A DNA stretch of 64,000 nucleotides, taken from the NCBI GenBank assembly GCA_016748015.1, contig JAAOMT010000760.1:696216-760215 (forward strand). Direction: 5' to 3'. The notes below the pieces were generated by a model. It was not told the origin of the DNA, did not search any database, and saw only the letters and a list, made by a program, of their open reading frames with translations. Each line of letters begins with the position of its first letter. Position 1 is the first letter of the stretch. The translations under genes were made by a program, and so were the position numbers. Positions 1 through 13,170 of the stretch are shown here, piece by piece. The DNA is from Geosiphon pyriformis uo1. Taxonomy: Eukaryota > Fungi > Glomeromycota.

Positions 1-590
1 CAGTAATTACAAAAGCTTGTGTTCCCAGAGTGGGGGCAATGGTAAGTTAATCAAAGGCATCACACCTTTAATAATTTTATAATTTCATGCACTGGATAAT
101 GAAGAGATTTCACTGACTTTCTTTTTAATTTATCTAAGATTACTGCCTTCCGCAACTATCACAAAAAGTATATGACTGGGCAAAAAACTTGACTAACCAA
201 AACGATCCACCAGTTATCGTTCCAGTAAACCCGCCGGAGTCAATTTACTTCAACGATACCACCTCAGAACCCACTATTTTACCCCAAGCCATTATCTGTA
301 GCGATTGTTATGTCAAAGTTTCAAATATTTACTTGAATTGGTCGTCGGCGTACCCATTGGATCCCAATTATGGTAAAAATTACACCGAGGCTTTGAATTT
401 ATTGAAAGCCAATTTGACTAAAACTTGCGGTGCAAAATCCGTCTCCAACTCCACATCGAGCATTAATAATAGCAGTGGTAGCAACGTCGTTGCTGGAGAT
501 GCCAATCGTTCTAGACCAACACATATCATTCTAACTATTAGTTGGTTGACCGTTACTTCAATGGTTTTGTTGGGTTTGTCGGTTCTTTAG
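1..590 (+). CDS. 3' part of a Cys-containing, probably GPI-anchored surface protein (5' end outside window)
   Basis: Exon 1-41, GT-AG intron 42-138 and exon 139-590 join in frame (SNYKSLCSQSGGND YCLPQLSQK...). A Ser/Asn-rich spacer is followed by a hydrophobic C-terminal tail (HIILTISWLTVTSMVLLGLSVL), as in GPI signals. Confidence 0.65.
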
Positions 591-949
591 ATTTTTACAT
601 GATAATTTAGCTAATGAGATGCTTGCAGTAAAGATTAGATAAAAACGCCTTTGAAGTTTAGAAAAGTATTAAGAGATAGAAATGCTGGAATGAAAAACAA
701 ATCTATAAAATGATAACTAGTTAAAGAGCTTATCTCTAAAATATATCTTAACCAAAAATAAGGACTTTGAAAGTTTTATCTCAGGATATTCTAATGGCTA
801 GTTGCCCAATCAAACATTTTCGGAGCACTAAATTTTTGATATCCGATTTTTCAATCACGGTTTTAAAATTACTCTAGACTAACTCGATTTGGGCGGTTTC
901 ATTACCCTATTTTGTCTATCTTATTTGTTTTTGATTATACTATTTTACA

Positions 950-3900
950 TAAATAGCACAAAAAAATTAAAAAACTAATTTAAAGCTGTTTTTGTTTGTT
1001 AATTTATTTTGGTAAAAAAACAGTATTTAAATTCTTTTTTTTTTTAATAAAAAAAAATAATTTGTTTTATATAATGTTTTTAAGACCAAATTTATTAATT
1101 TTTTTAAATTATATAATTTTAAAATTAATAAAGATTATTGTTATTTTAAGTCTTAAAAAGTTTTTTATCAAATATAATTTTTAAAATTGGTATTTAATAA
1201 AAAAATTTTAAATATTAATATTATTTTAAGTATTAAAGTTTTAATTATATTTAAAAATAAAACTGTTTTTTTGTTTTTTTAAATTTTACTTTTAAACTTT
1301 TTATTAAATTTCTAAATAAATTTAATTAATTAAAATAACAATATTTTTAATTTTGCTTAAAAAAAAATTTTTAATATTGAAAAAACTTAATAATAATAAT
1401 TTTTAAGTTTTATAAATAAAAAAACAATAATAATCTAAAAATAATTTATTTATAAAAATTTAACAAACTAAAAATTTTTAAAATTTAAAAATTTGTTTTT
1501 TAAATAAAATTTAATATATATATTTAATTTAATAGCTTTTATAAATTATAAATTATTGTTATAAATCAAAATAATATATCAGTTAAAAACAATATAATTT
1601 AATTCAAAAAAATCTTAATTAAAAACAAATTAAATATGAAAATAATTAAATTAATGTAAACAGTTTTAAATTTATATTTATTAATTTTTTTACAAGACAT
1701 TTATAAATTGAATATAGTTTATAATTGTTAATAATTAACATTTTTAGAATTTAATATTATTTTTAATAATTGTTTATTTGATAAATTATAAAAAAATTTT
1801 ATAATTTTTAAGCTAATTTAATAATTACAGATTAAAAATTAAGAAAAAAAGAAATTAAAATATTTAAATAAGTTTATCTTCAAATAAATTCAAAAAAATT
1901 ACAGTTTTATTATGTAATAAAATTAATAATAATAAATAACTAATTAAATTCTTTATGAATACTTTTTGATTTGGTTTTATGACCAAATTATTAAAAAAAC
2001 TATTTTATAACAATTTTATAAATATATAAACTGTTTTTTAATATGTATTAATTATAAGTAATTTTATTAATAATTAAAAAATCAGTTTTTATTTAAATAG
2101 TAAGTTGTTAATACTTAATACAAAATATATAAATTACTTTTTTATTTTTAAATTTTTCTTGAAAAAATTAACAACTATAATGTAAAACTAATTATGTTTA
2201 TTAAATTTACTTTTATTTATTATTTAATAAACAATTTGAATTTTTTGAAACTAGTTTTTAAATAAAACTTGACCAAAACTTATACTGTTTCTTATATCAA
2301 GTTTTTAATATAAAAATATTGTTATAAAAATAAAGCGTTTGTTAGAGGCATGCTGTTAATTTTGGTTCTAGGGTTGGCCGTTTGTTTTTTACTAGTGCTA
2401 GTAATGATGTTTTCGTTAATATAGTTGTGTAGTGTTGCCTTGATTGGCCGAGTGGCTGGTCACATGTAGAAAGTGCATGAATCACGTTTAATTTAGAACT
2501 CTGAGCAGTTGTATTGTATTAGATAGTGATTGGGCTGCACTCGTAAAATAAAATAAAAATTAATAAATTAATAAATTAATAATTAAAAAAGCAGTTTAAT
2601 TAAACAGTTTTAGCTTTTACATGTTTGGTAAATAATTAATAAGAATAATATATATAAGTTTATATTTAAAGTTATTATTACAATAAATATTTTTTTTTAA
2701 TTATTATATTAAATATATATTAGCTATTAATATTATATAATTGGTGTTTTTTTTAAAAATCGGCTATTAATTTAATTATATTTATTCTTAATAGTCATAT
2801 AAATAAGACTTTTTAAATCAATATCAATTTTTTTAAATTGTATTATTAAAATCAACTTTAAATTTTAGCTAAAAATTAGTGTATATATTATAAATTATGA
2901 TTTTTTAAGAACAGTTAAAAATATTAAATGTTTTTTGCAAATGTTTTTTTAATTGTTAAATATATTTTTAATTGTTGTTTTATATTAAAATATTTTATAT
3001 ATCTATTATTGTTAATAATTAAATTGAATTATTATAAAAATTGTGCTATTATTGAATTATTACTTTAAAAAAATAATATTATTTTAATAATTAGCTTTTT
3101 TATAATGTTGAATTTTGCAAATACATTTATTAAGTAAAGTACTTAGCAAGTTATTTATATATTTTTAAGTATTTTCTGTTATATAAGCTTGATTATTAGT
3201 TATTACAATAAATTCCATATTTAAAAAATTTTTATACTATTATTAGTTAAAATTAACTAAAAATAATAATACCAAAGCTCAAAATAATATTATTTACAAA
3301 TGTTTAAAAAACACTTTTTCTATTAAAAAATAGATCTTATAACCAAAACAACTAATAGCTTAAAGATTTTAACAATAAAAACTTATTAAAATAAGTTAAT
3401 TAACTTGAAAATAAATTTTTTAAATTTTTTAACAAAATATTATTTTTGAAATACAAATCTTGAACTAGTTGCAAATTTTCAACAATTTGATTTTTGGATT
3501 AAAATTAAAACTTTTATGATTAATATTTAATATTAGAAGCTTAAAACTTTTACAAAATTATTATTTTAGTAAAATTGTTTTTTCTAATTAGAAAATCTAA
3601 AATATTATTAAGTAAATAATTTAGGTTTTAAGATTAATTATTTTTTTATTTAAATTACTAATAATTTTTTCTTAACATTTAAAAAAGAGAACACTTATTA
3701 ACTTTTTAACAAAATAATCAGAAAATTAATAGATTTAATCAATAAAACCAACTTAATTAACTTAGAATTAATTATAAAATAAACAACAACAACAAAAAAA
3801 GCCAAAAACAGTAGCTTTTACATATAATTGTGTATTAATAAAACAATTTTCAAAATTTAATAAAAACTTAATTAAAAAAAAAATTTTACAATTCAAAGCC

Positions 3901-4776
3901 AAATAATTTATATTTAAACATCCAAAACAATATTAATAACCAAAGTTTTTTTAAGATATTATAGTAATATTTAACTTAAAATCCAAAAATAATAATAATA
4001 TTTTTTAAATATTAAGTAAAATTAGAAAACTAAAAAATAAAATAAATATAATGTATTTAAAAATTAATTTGCTAATTTTAAAATTTTTACAGCCAAAAAA
4101 AAAATTTATTAACTTGGTTTTGAATATATTTCTCAAAATAATAAATTTTTTATTTAAAAATTTTTTTTAATATTAAGAATTAATCAACAAGCCAAAATAG
4201 TATTTAAAAATATATATAACTTAAAATATATAATATTATATTATTATTTTTTAACAAGCTTTAACTCAATTTTAAAACAAACACAAAACCAGAATTAAAT
4301 ATTACAAATGATTTTGCAATATTATATATAATAAAAAATTAATTTAAAAAAATTAATTTGCATAATAAAATTCAAAGAAGTTTAAAAAACATATAAAAAA
4401 GTTTAATATTATTTTTAATAATAAACTTTATATTAAAAAAACCATGCAAAAATTAGAATATAGTTTTAACTAAAGTCAATTTGATTTTTGTAGTTTTATT
4501 AAGCATTAAATATGAATAATTTAAAAAAAGTGCAAAAAAACAGTTATTTTTTTTATTTTTTTTAATATTTTAGTTTTATTTTTTATTTATTAATATTAAA
4601 GATTTATCTTAATTTATATAAATATTTTATTTTTGTAACTTTGTGTAAATTATTGTGTTTTTATAATAAGATTCATTATTTTTAATAGTTTTATAAGTTA
4701 TTATATTAGTTTCTAAACTAATAAATTAATTTTTTTATTACTTAACAAGTTTAATTCTTAAAAATTTTGAAAAGCA

Positions 4777-4808
<32 letters not shown>

Positions 4809-6050
4809 ATAAATAAAAAACAAAAATCTTATTTAATCTAATTTAATATAGATTATTAATTTTAATTAGCACTAATTTTTTCGTAAAAGTTAAAACTATT
4901 TTTTGATTTCCAAAATACAAAAATTTTATATTATTGTGAATAATTAAGTATAAAGCATGAAAAGTAATTACTTTATGTAAATTGAATTAATTACTGTGCT
5001 AAAAAAAATATAATTAATCAATTTATAATATTATTTAATAATTAAATATTATTAATTTCTATTAAATAACATTCAAAACAAAATACAAATTTTTTGCATA
5101 TTTAACATATTATTACCAATTGAAATTTAAATAAAAATTAATATGATATTATTTTTTAAAATTTATCATTATTTAATATATATTACTGTTTACATTTGGC
5201 ATTAATTAATTAATAATCTAATTTGTACAATATACAAGTGTTATGTATTCTTTTAAACTATATAATATTAAAAAGTTCATTAAAATATTCAAAAGAAAAC
5301 TATTTTCTAAAAAAAATTGTATTTTAGCTAAAAATAAATATAAAAACACAAACTAAATATTTTCTTAAAATTTATTTTATTATACTACAAATTAATAATT
5401 CTAAAATTGACTAGCTTTTAATTTTAGTAGGTTAATTATTTTTAATTATTCTATTTTTTAAAATTATTTTTAAATAAATTAAGTGTTTTTAAAATATTTT
5501 AGTTATAATACTTAAAATTTTAAATTACTAAAAACTATAGCAATTGCTTATATTATTTAGATTTAGTTATTAAAAACAAATCTACAATATATACACAGCT
5601 AATTTTATTTACAAGTCATTTTGTAATAATAGAAAATAATCTAACTTTTAACAGTATTATTACAAAAATTAATTTCTGAATACCAACACATTTAGTTATA
5701 TAAAAAAAGGAAAAAAAAGAAAAAATACTTCTGGTAGTATTATATACAATTTCTTTTGTTTGATTTTTTTTGTTATATAATAACTGTTTCGTTATTTATT
5801 AACATGTTATTTTAACTTATAACAATAATTTTTAAAACCAAGAAATTGTTTTTGTGCTTATATAATTTGGATAGCAATAATATAATAATTAATCATTGCA
5901 TATCTTAATGCTTTATATGTATAAGAAATAAATAAATTTAGCACAAATAAAAAGATAAGTATTTCATTAATTTAAATAAATTAAAAAAGACAGTTAATTA
6001 TAAATTGATGTGTTGGTCAATTTTTATCATTTGAAATATTTAGGTTGCTT
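950..6050. repeat. Extremely AT-rich block, probably a mosaic of hypermutated transposon relics
   Basis: About 13% GC in a hand-counted 300-nt sample (3001-3300) with no CpG. Boundaries are abrupt, there are no credible ORFs, and it contains a LINE-like 3' end. Confidence 0.6.
2336..2565 (+). mobile_element. 3' end of a non-LTR (LINE-like) retrotransposon, copy A
   Basis: The ORF end HAVNFGSRVGRLFFTSASNDVFVNIVV-TAG is followed by about 115 nt shared with 45483-45600 and then a (TAAAA)n-like tail. Confidence 0.65.
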
Positions 6051-6099
6051 TAGAAAATTTTAAATTTAAATTTTGTTTACAAGACTATATTCTTAAGAT

Positions 6100-6600
6100 T
6101 TTATTATCACCAGAAAGAATTCAAAAGGAAAATTTTTAACACCCATTTTTTAATCAACAAATTTACAAAAACTCTAAAGCTGAAACTTGCTCCTGTTCAA
6201 ATATTAACAATTTTTTTCCTACAAGCGAATGGATTTTTACTTAATGACTTTTCACATTACAAAAATATTCCCTTTCTTGTAAGTTAAAATTATGCCAATA
6301 AAATCTTAATCTTTTGAATCCCAGATCTTATGAAAATATAAAAGATGCATATTTCTCTTTGTAAAGTTAAGCATTCTTTGAAATCCATTATCAAAAGACA
6401 TTCGCCGAACTTCAATTTCCAAAATTTTGCCCTCGGTGTCCAAATTTTCGAGAATTTATTTAAAAAGGTTGAAAAGATCGGAAAATCTTTGAATTAAGGG
6501 TTTTCTCTAAAAACTTAATAATATCCTTTTTAAATACTTATTCCTAATTAAATCTTTTCCATTCAAGAAGTGTATAGAATCCTGAAAATTTGGGGTCCAT
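6100..6600 (-). pseudogene. Possible decayed ORF of unknown family
   Basis: ATG at 6600 in an A-rich context (MDPKFSGFYTLLEWKRFN*). Protein-like stretches (ENLDTEGKILEIEVRRMSFDNGFQRMLNF) are broken by stops and frameshifts. No motif recognised. Confidence 0.25.
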
Positions 6601-9480
6601 TTTTTATTTTTAATGTTAATTAATTCTCTTGGCGTTTCTGACGTGAAGCTGAAAAAACGTAGTCACCATGATATAGTTTAAGAATTGTAGATTGATCCCA
6701 TTCAGGTTAAATATCTTATATCGAAATAGTGCCGTATTATCGTGAATTTATTAAAATGCATTTTGAGACCTTCAGTCAATATCAACTCAAAATATTATTT
6801 TTCAATATTAGAAGTCGAATAATATCGCATTTAAGCTTGGAGTCAAAAAAGCTAAATGTCACAAGACACTTTAGAACCATACTCTTTGCTTTGGTAATAT
6901 TTGGCAACCTTGAAAAATTCAAAATTTTAATTGAAAAAACTTGCTTATTGAACTTTTTCAAAAGAAACAAAAAACTAAGCTCATTTTTTTTTGAATACTC
7001 TTTGATTGTTTTCTTTTGTGATGAAATAATGATTTCCTTTCAAATTGAAAGTTTAATCCAGTTTTTTTGAGTTATTTATAAAATGATATTGACTTTTATA
7101 GAAATTCTTATATTAATTGAAATCAAGTTTGAAATTGCAGCTTAAATAATCACTATCAAATTTACATTTTTAGAAGGTGGTGAGAGCCCAAAAGTGGTCT
7201 GATTTTGATATTTTATTCGAAAATTAAATAAAAATCTCTGCTATAACAAGTTGTAATATAAAATTTTGATGAGAATTTACACACAATTCTTAAATCAAAT
7301 CATATATTTGAAAATGAGATAAAATCTATTCCTGATACTCATTCTTAAAAGAGCTTCATTGTTTTCATTTTTTTTTGAAGGACTTCTATGCCAGTTTGAA
7401 CTTTAACGTCACACTTTGCATATTCATTATAATAATAGTAATTTCACTTATAAAACATGATTGCGGCTGTATTATAAAATTTAATTCTTACTTTTCTATA
7501 GTAATGCAATTTTTTTTTTCGGTAAAATGATATATATAAATTTTTTATAGGTTCAGAATAAAATTTGTGAATATCATACGATTATTTAATGGTAATACAT
7601 CAGGCATTCGACTATTGTCATTCAAAATGTCAGGTCACTTTTGGGAATTACATTTATTAGCGACAATTTTTATAATACATATTTATTTAATAGTAAAATA
7701 TCATATATTCATGAAATTTTCTAAATATTCAGTAAATAAAAATCTTTTATAAGAGAATCAGCCACCCAAATTTCATCCGTTATTTATTTAAAAAAAAACT
7801 TTATATATGTAAACAATTTATTGAAGCCTGTCAAATTAAAATGAACCTATTTTCATTTTGATCTATCTCAAGTAATGTATTGCATAATACTTTTCGTAGT
7901 TACTTGGTTAAACAAAAACGACAAATCAACTATTCAAATATAATAATTAAAAAAACGTGAGGGTTTTGCAATGCAAGAAAAGGGGTTTTCCGAGATGGCA
8001 CCAAACCAGTTTGATTTTTGTAGAACATTGCAAATGATGTTGACATATGACGATTCTAGGAATAATATTGCTAAGTCAGGTTGAATAATTCCATGCTTTA
8101 ATAATTTCATAGAGAATGGGAGAATTTTTTCATACAAATTCAAAAAATTTTCGGGTGGCTTCAATATCTTGATTTCTATAAATACATTGATTATTCTGCT
8201 TGAATTTGCAGGACTATCAATTTCGTAGATTTCTAACATGTTGCTCGGATTAAGAATATATTATTTTTATCAATCATAAAGTTGCTGACTCGATGTGTGA
8301 TATCAAATTTACGAAAGTGAAATTCAAAACAGGGGATTGGTCGTACAAAGTTACAGAACTAGCGGGCTACATTTAGTATTTTCATAGAATTAACCGATAA
8401 GGAAGAATAAAATAAAGTATAAAATAAAATTTGATATTCGGCAATTATAATCGGAAGAAAATGCAGAAAACCTGTAGAAAAACACAATCGACTATGCAAT
8501 AGGATAGTGAGAGGAATAAAAAAAGTATAGGATAAAATGGGCCAGACAATCTGTCGTTTTTACTGAAAAATTTCTCGGTCTTTGAAACAGTTAACCCAAT
8601 AATTTTTAATATAAATCATTACACTCCAAACATATCATATAGAACTTAAATTAAATTCTAACTTTTTGCAACTGCGTATGGATTTTTTTAAAGTGGGCTA
8701 ATTAATTGAACCCAAACATTAAAAATCCTTTGTAAATATCGAAAACTCACGAGAGATCACCTCATCAATTGTTTATAATTGTGAACCTTAACCGCATTTG
8801 AAATTTTTAATTTCTGCCGGGCAAATTAAAACGACGAACAAGAGCATCAACACCAACAGAACGAATTATATTTGTGGCCAATTTGGCTAGATATTCCTTT
8901 TTTTCTACTTTTTCAGTTAGATTTTCGCATTTAGGTAACTTTGAAGAGATTATATTCAATTAATTTATTCATTACTGTTACATATTGTCTAGAGGAGTAT
9001 AAAAAGGGTTACGAGAGAATTAGCGGTTTGGTTTTGGTTATTATCGATTAGAATTTGTTATCTTTGCTTCAAAAGTGTCTCGGCTTTTGTAGCCTATTTT
9101 TAATTATTTCTTCCAAGCTTTGATATCTCGAACTCTTCTGGGAACGAGAAAATTTTTTGCATTTTGCATATTTACATTCTTTTTTTGTGTTGAACTTGGA
9201 AAGTTTAGGTTATATTAGTTTGTTCTCGGGAGGGCAAACAATTTACCGGCTTTGAAGTGTACTAGAAAAAAATAGAATCAAATACTTGTATATTATATTA
9301 TTTTTATTTGAATATTTTTTATAATTAGACACGACCAAAGATTTTGTACTTCTTAGATATCTCATCCCCTCACATATTAAACAATTTTCACAGCATAAGA
9401 CATTTCTTTTATCCATTCTTAAAGGCAAAAAAAAACTTGTTCGAAACAAGTTTTCGCTTTCACAAAATAACATTTTAAAT

Positions 9481-11564
9481 ATGACCAGAAAATATAAAAG
9501 ATTTTGTTATGTCCTTTTGGCGGCTCTTTTAACTTCAAATCTAAGAAAATATTCCGTTGAAGGAGTAGTTAACCGGTTAGGAAAGTGGAAGGTGGTTGGA
9601 AGGTAAGAACCTCAAAAATTGAGCCTATAATGAAATACGAAAATTTCTAATATATTTAAAATTTGTCATTAAAAGAACTGGTGCATCAGCCATGCATTTT
9701 GTAGTCACCTCTCCGAATCGAGTTGTCATCCTCGATAAAGGTATTCAATTCAGAAACTTATTATTTCAAGTTTAAAAATATAAATCACTAATATCCTTTA
9801 TTTATGCCCAAAAAGCTGAATTCAACCCAGAAGCCTTATTTCCAGATGGTCAAACAGGATGGACTACAGAATATAATTTAGAAACAAATAAATTTCGAAT
9901 GTTAAATCTAGAGACAAATACATTTTGTTCGGCAGGTGCTTTTCTTGGAAACGGCACATTGATCGAAGCGGCAGGTGGGCAACCAAATGTAAGAGCCAAG
10001 TCAGGCTATTCGAGAATTAGGATGTTTAGCCCATGTTCCGATGATACTTGCGATTGGCTAGAGATGGAGCGACAGATGGATTCGGCACGATGGTATAATA
10101 CTATGATCTCGTAAGTAATTTTTTTAGAATTTATAAATGGATTAATCAACACTAAATTAATCAAATTTTTTGCAGACTTCCTGATGGACGAGCATTCAAC
10201 TTGGGTGGATCTACGAAAGCCACGGCTACAAACAGTGTAGATAAAAACAATCCAACATATGAGTTCTTTCCAGAAATTGGTCAAATTGAATTCCCCTTTC
10301 TTACTGAAACGTACGTGTTTAAACTTAATTTGTAAATTTATTTTGATTCATCAAGTTTAGCTAATAATTTCATTTTAATTTGATAGACTGCCATTCAATC
10401 TTTATCCAATAGCACACGTGTTACCCAATCTTAATAACACATTATATATATTCGCTAGTACAAAGTCAATTTTATTTGATTACACCACCGGCGGAATAAT
10501 TAAAAAGTTGCCAGATATTCCAGGTCCTCCAAGGTCATACCCATTGACAGGAACATCACTGATGCTTCCATTAACCTATGAAAACAATTATAATCCTGAA
10601 ATTCTCATTTGTGGTGGTACTCGAAAAATGAAACCTCAATCACCAGCATTAGATAGTTGTGGTAGATTAAATCTTGGTCTGAATGACCCGCAATGGGATA
10701 TGGAAAGTTTTGGAGGGATACCAAGAGTTATGCCAGATGGTATTATTTTGGCTGATGGAACTGTGTTATTTGTTAATGGTGCTGCTTTTGGATATGCTGG
10801 TTATGGTGAGTTAATTTAAACGTTAATATTTTTCAAAATGGCCAATATTTCTCAAAGTTGAATTTTTCCAGACAAAAAAACAACTCATCTTGCTTCCGAG
10901 CCGGTTTTAACTCCAGTACTTTACGATCCAACAAGACCTAAAGAGCAACGGTGGACCACTCTTAATCCTGCCCAAATTCCTCGGATGTACCATTCAGTTG
11001 CCACTTTACTTGCAGATGGCACTGTTTTCGTAGCTGGTAGCAATCCCAACCAAAGATATGAAAACTCAACTGATTATCCATCGGAGTAAGTTTACAAAAT
11101 TTTTTGTGGAGATTTATTATGTTCTTGATTCTTAATTGGTCCGGATTCATTTTCAATTTAGATATCGAGCTGAAGTATTTACACCACCATACCTCTTAAA
11201 TCGCAAACCAAGGCCAACAATTCTCTCCTTTGCTGATACAGCAATTTTCAACAAATCTCCTCTTCCCATAACATATTCTCAATCAATCGACATTGAGGTA
11301 CTATTTAGTACAACCCAGATCATTCCAAAGTTCACCGTTGCAATAATACATTTCGGTTTTGTCACTCACTCTCAACACATGTCACAACGATATGTCAAAT
11401 TAAAAATTATTAATACCCAACCATATAAAAATGATGATGGTCGCTATACGTTAACCGTTGAAACACCACCAAATCCAAATATAATTTCCCCTGGACCTAG
11501 TTATGTTTTCGTACTGAACGATGGTGTACCAGCTGATATGGCTGTCCACGTTTTGCTTAATTAA
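9481..11564 (+). CDS. Copper radical oxidase / glyoxal oxidase (CAZy AA5_1), multi-exon, probably secreted
   Basis: Spliced model MTRKYKRFCYVLLAALL...SAMH...NTFCSAG...ARWYNT...NLYP...PRSYP...PRVMPD...PRMYHSVATLL...GSNP...GFVTHSQHM. The Cys-Tyr cofactor residues and Tyr/His/His copper ligands are all present. Introns are canonical GT-AG. Confidence 0.93.
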
Positions 11565-12779
11565 TAGAAATTGAGGTGAAATTTCTAAATTTTGAGTTTA
11601 TGGTGAATGGCTGGTGGTAATTATAATGAATGGTGGAAAGAGACAATGTTTCGCAATTGATCTAATAATATAACATTCATAAGTTTTTTAGCGAAATAAA
11701 AATTAGATTATTTATTGTATTTAATGTTAAAGAATTTTTTAAACTAAAGGCACTATTTTTATAGTAATAATCTAGAAGGTTACTGAACTATTTAATTAAA
11801 TGAATCAAAACAAAATGTCAATAAACATGATATTATTTTAAAATTACCAAAAAATTTACTTTTTTCCTAAAATGCTGATTTATATTTTAAAAATAAAGCA
11901 TTTTCTATCCAAGTTCAATTTCACTGATTATAATAAAGTAGCAGAGAAAAACATATTTTTTATCTAAAAAAAAAAAGGTTTTAAAATGCTTTATATAACA
12001 GCCTTAACTTTATTATGTTCCTTTGCAGATTAATAATTGTTAGAACTATTGTGTAAAAGCCATTCTATATTAAAAGCAAAAAAATTGAGTCAAGCTCAGA
12101 AAGAGAAAAATGCTATGTAAATGTATAATGTCAAAGTCTCTTACGAATGAAATCCTTTTACATGTATATTTCTCATAAATTTTAAAACATCTTTTTACTT
12201 TTGAAGCCTGAGGCAATTGTTCACTTTTATGACGACAATAATTTTAGCCATTGATTAGGCAAGAATAGGATTTTCAGATTAGTTTTTCAAATTTCAAAGA
12301 GAGTTTTCTTCTTTGTATTGTTTTTAATGCATATCAAGAGTTTAAACTCCACTTTTTCTGAATGCTTTGTTTTAAAATAAATTCAGATTCAAGATGTGTT
12401 TTTTGTGTATTCGAAATTCCTATTTTATTTTGAGATTTATAATTTTAACTAATCTTTAAAAAGTAACCAAATATTATATTACGCTTTTAAAGCTTTTTTT
12501 AAAGGTCAAAACATAATAAAACTTGAAACCAATTTTAAAATTTTTTAATTCTAGGCTTTTTTAAATATTAAGAGAATAATATATAATAAATGTTTAATTT
12601 TTATTAGATTACTTTTTTTTAAGATTTTTATGAATTTAAAGAAATAACAATATAGTTAGAATATTAATTAAATTAAATAAACCAACCATCTCATATTTTT
12701 CCCTTATCGGCATTGACTTGTTAATTGTTTCGTTGATTCTTATATTTTTTTCTGATCATTTAAACTTTAAACTCTTAGT

Positions 12780-13170
12780 TTAGACATTCATCATAAATCT
12801 TAGGATTAGGGCGGTTCAATAGATTGGGATCCTAACACTTTTTAATAGCCTCAGCAGTACAAGGTGGAATAAGGAGGAGGTGTTTTAGTTATTTTATCAT
12901 TTAACTATTATAAGGATAATATGAAAGCAAGGGATTCTTTTGAACCTCTATGATATCATTCCAAATATATTTTTTTGTTCCGAGTTTGAATCTAAGATAC
13001 ATTGTACCGAATGTGAAACATGCCAACTAGAGTGAATTATAGTTAGTTTATATATCCAATACCAAATGTTATTTACAATTTATGCTAAAATAATTGATAA
13101 AATCTAATTCTCTAACTATGATTAGCTTTTGCCCCCAATTTAATTATCCTTTACTGAAATTAACTATACT
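12780..13170 (-). pseudogene. Tyrosine-kinase-like (TKL) protein kinase relic, C-lobe
   Basis: The minus strand reads LNWGQKL ... KLTIIH ... EQKNIFGMIS* ... LIPPCTAEAIKKC*DPNLLNRP. The last matches subdomain XI (KKCWDxxPxxRP) with TGG>TAG at 12832-12834. Confidence 0.6.

Noticed and set aside
6729-9473. ORF-track entries 6729-7070, 6782-6970, 7567-7752, 7934-8239 and 9243-9473
   Set aside because: No motifs or supportable splice structure, and several have non-ATG starts. 7934-8239 could be a relic, but I cannot support that.
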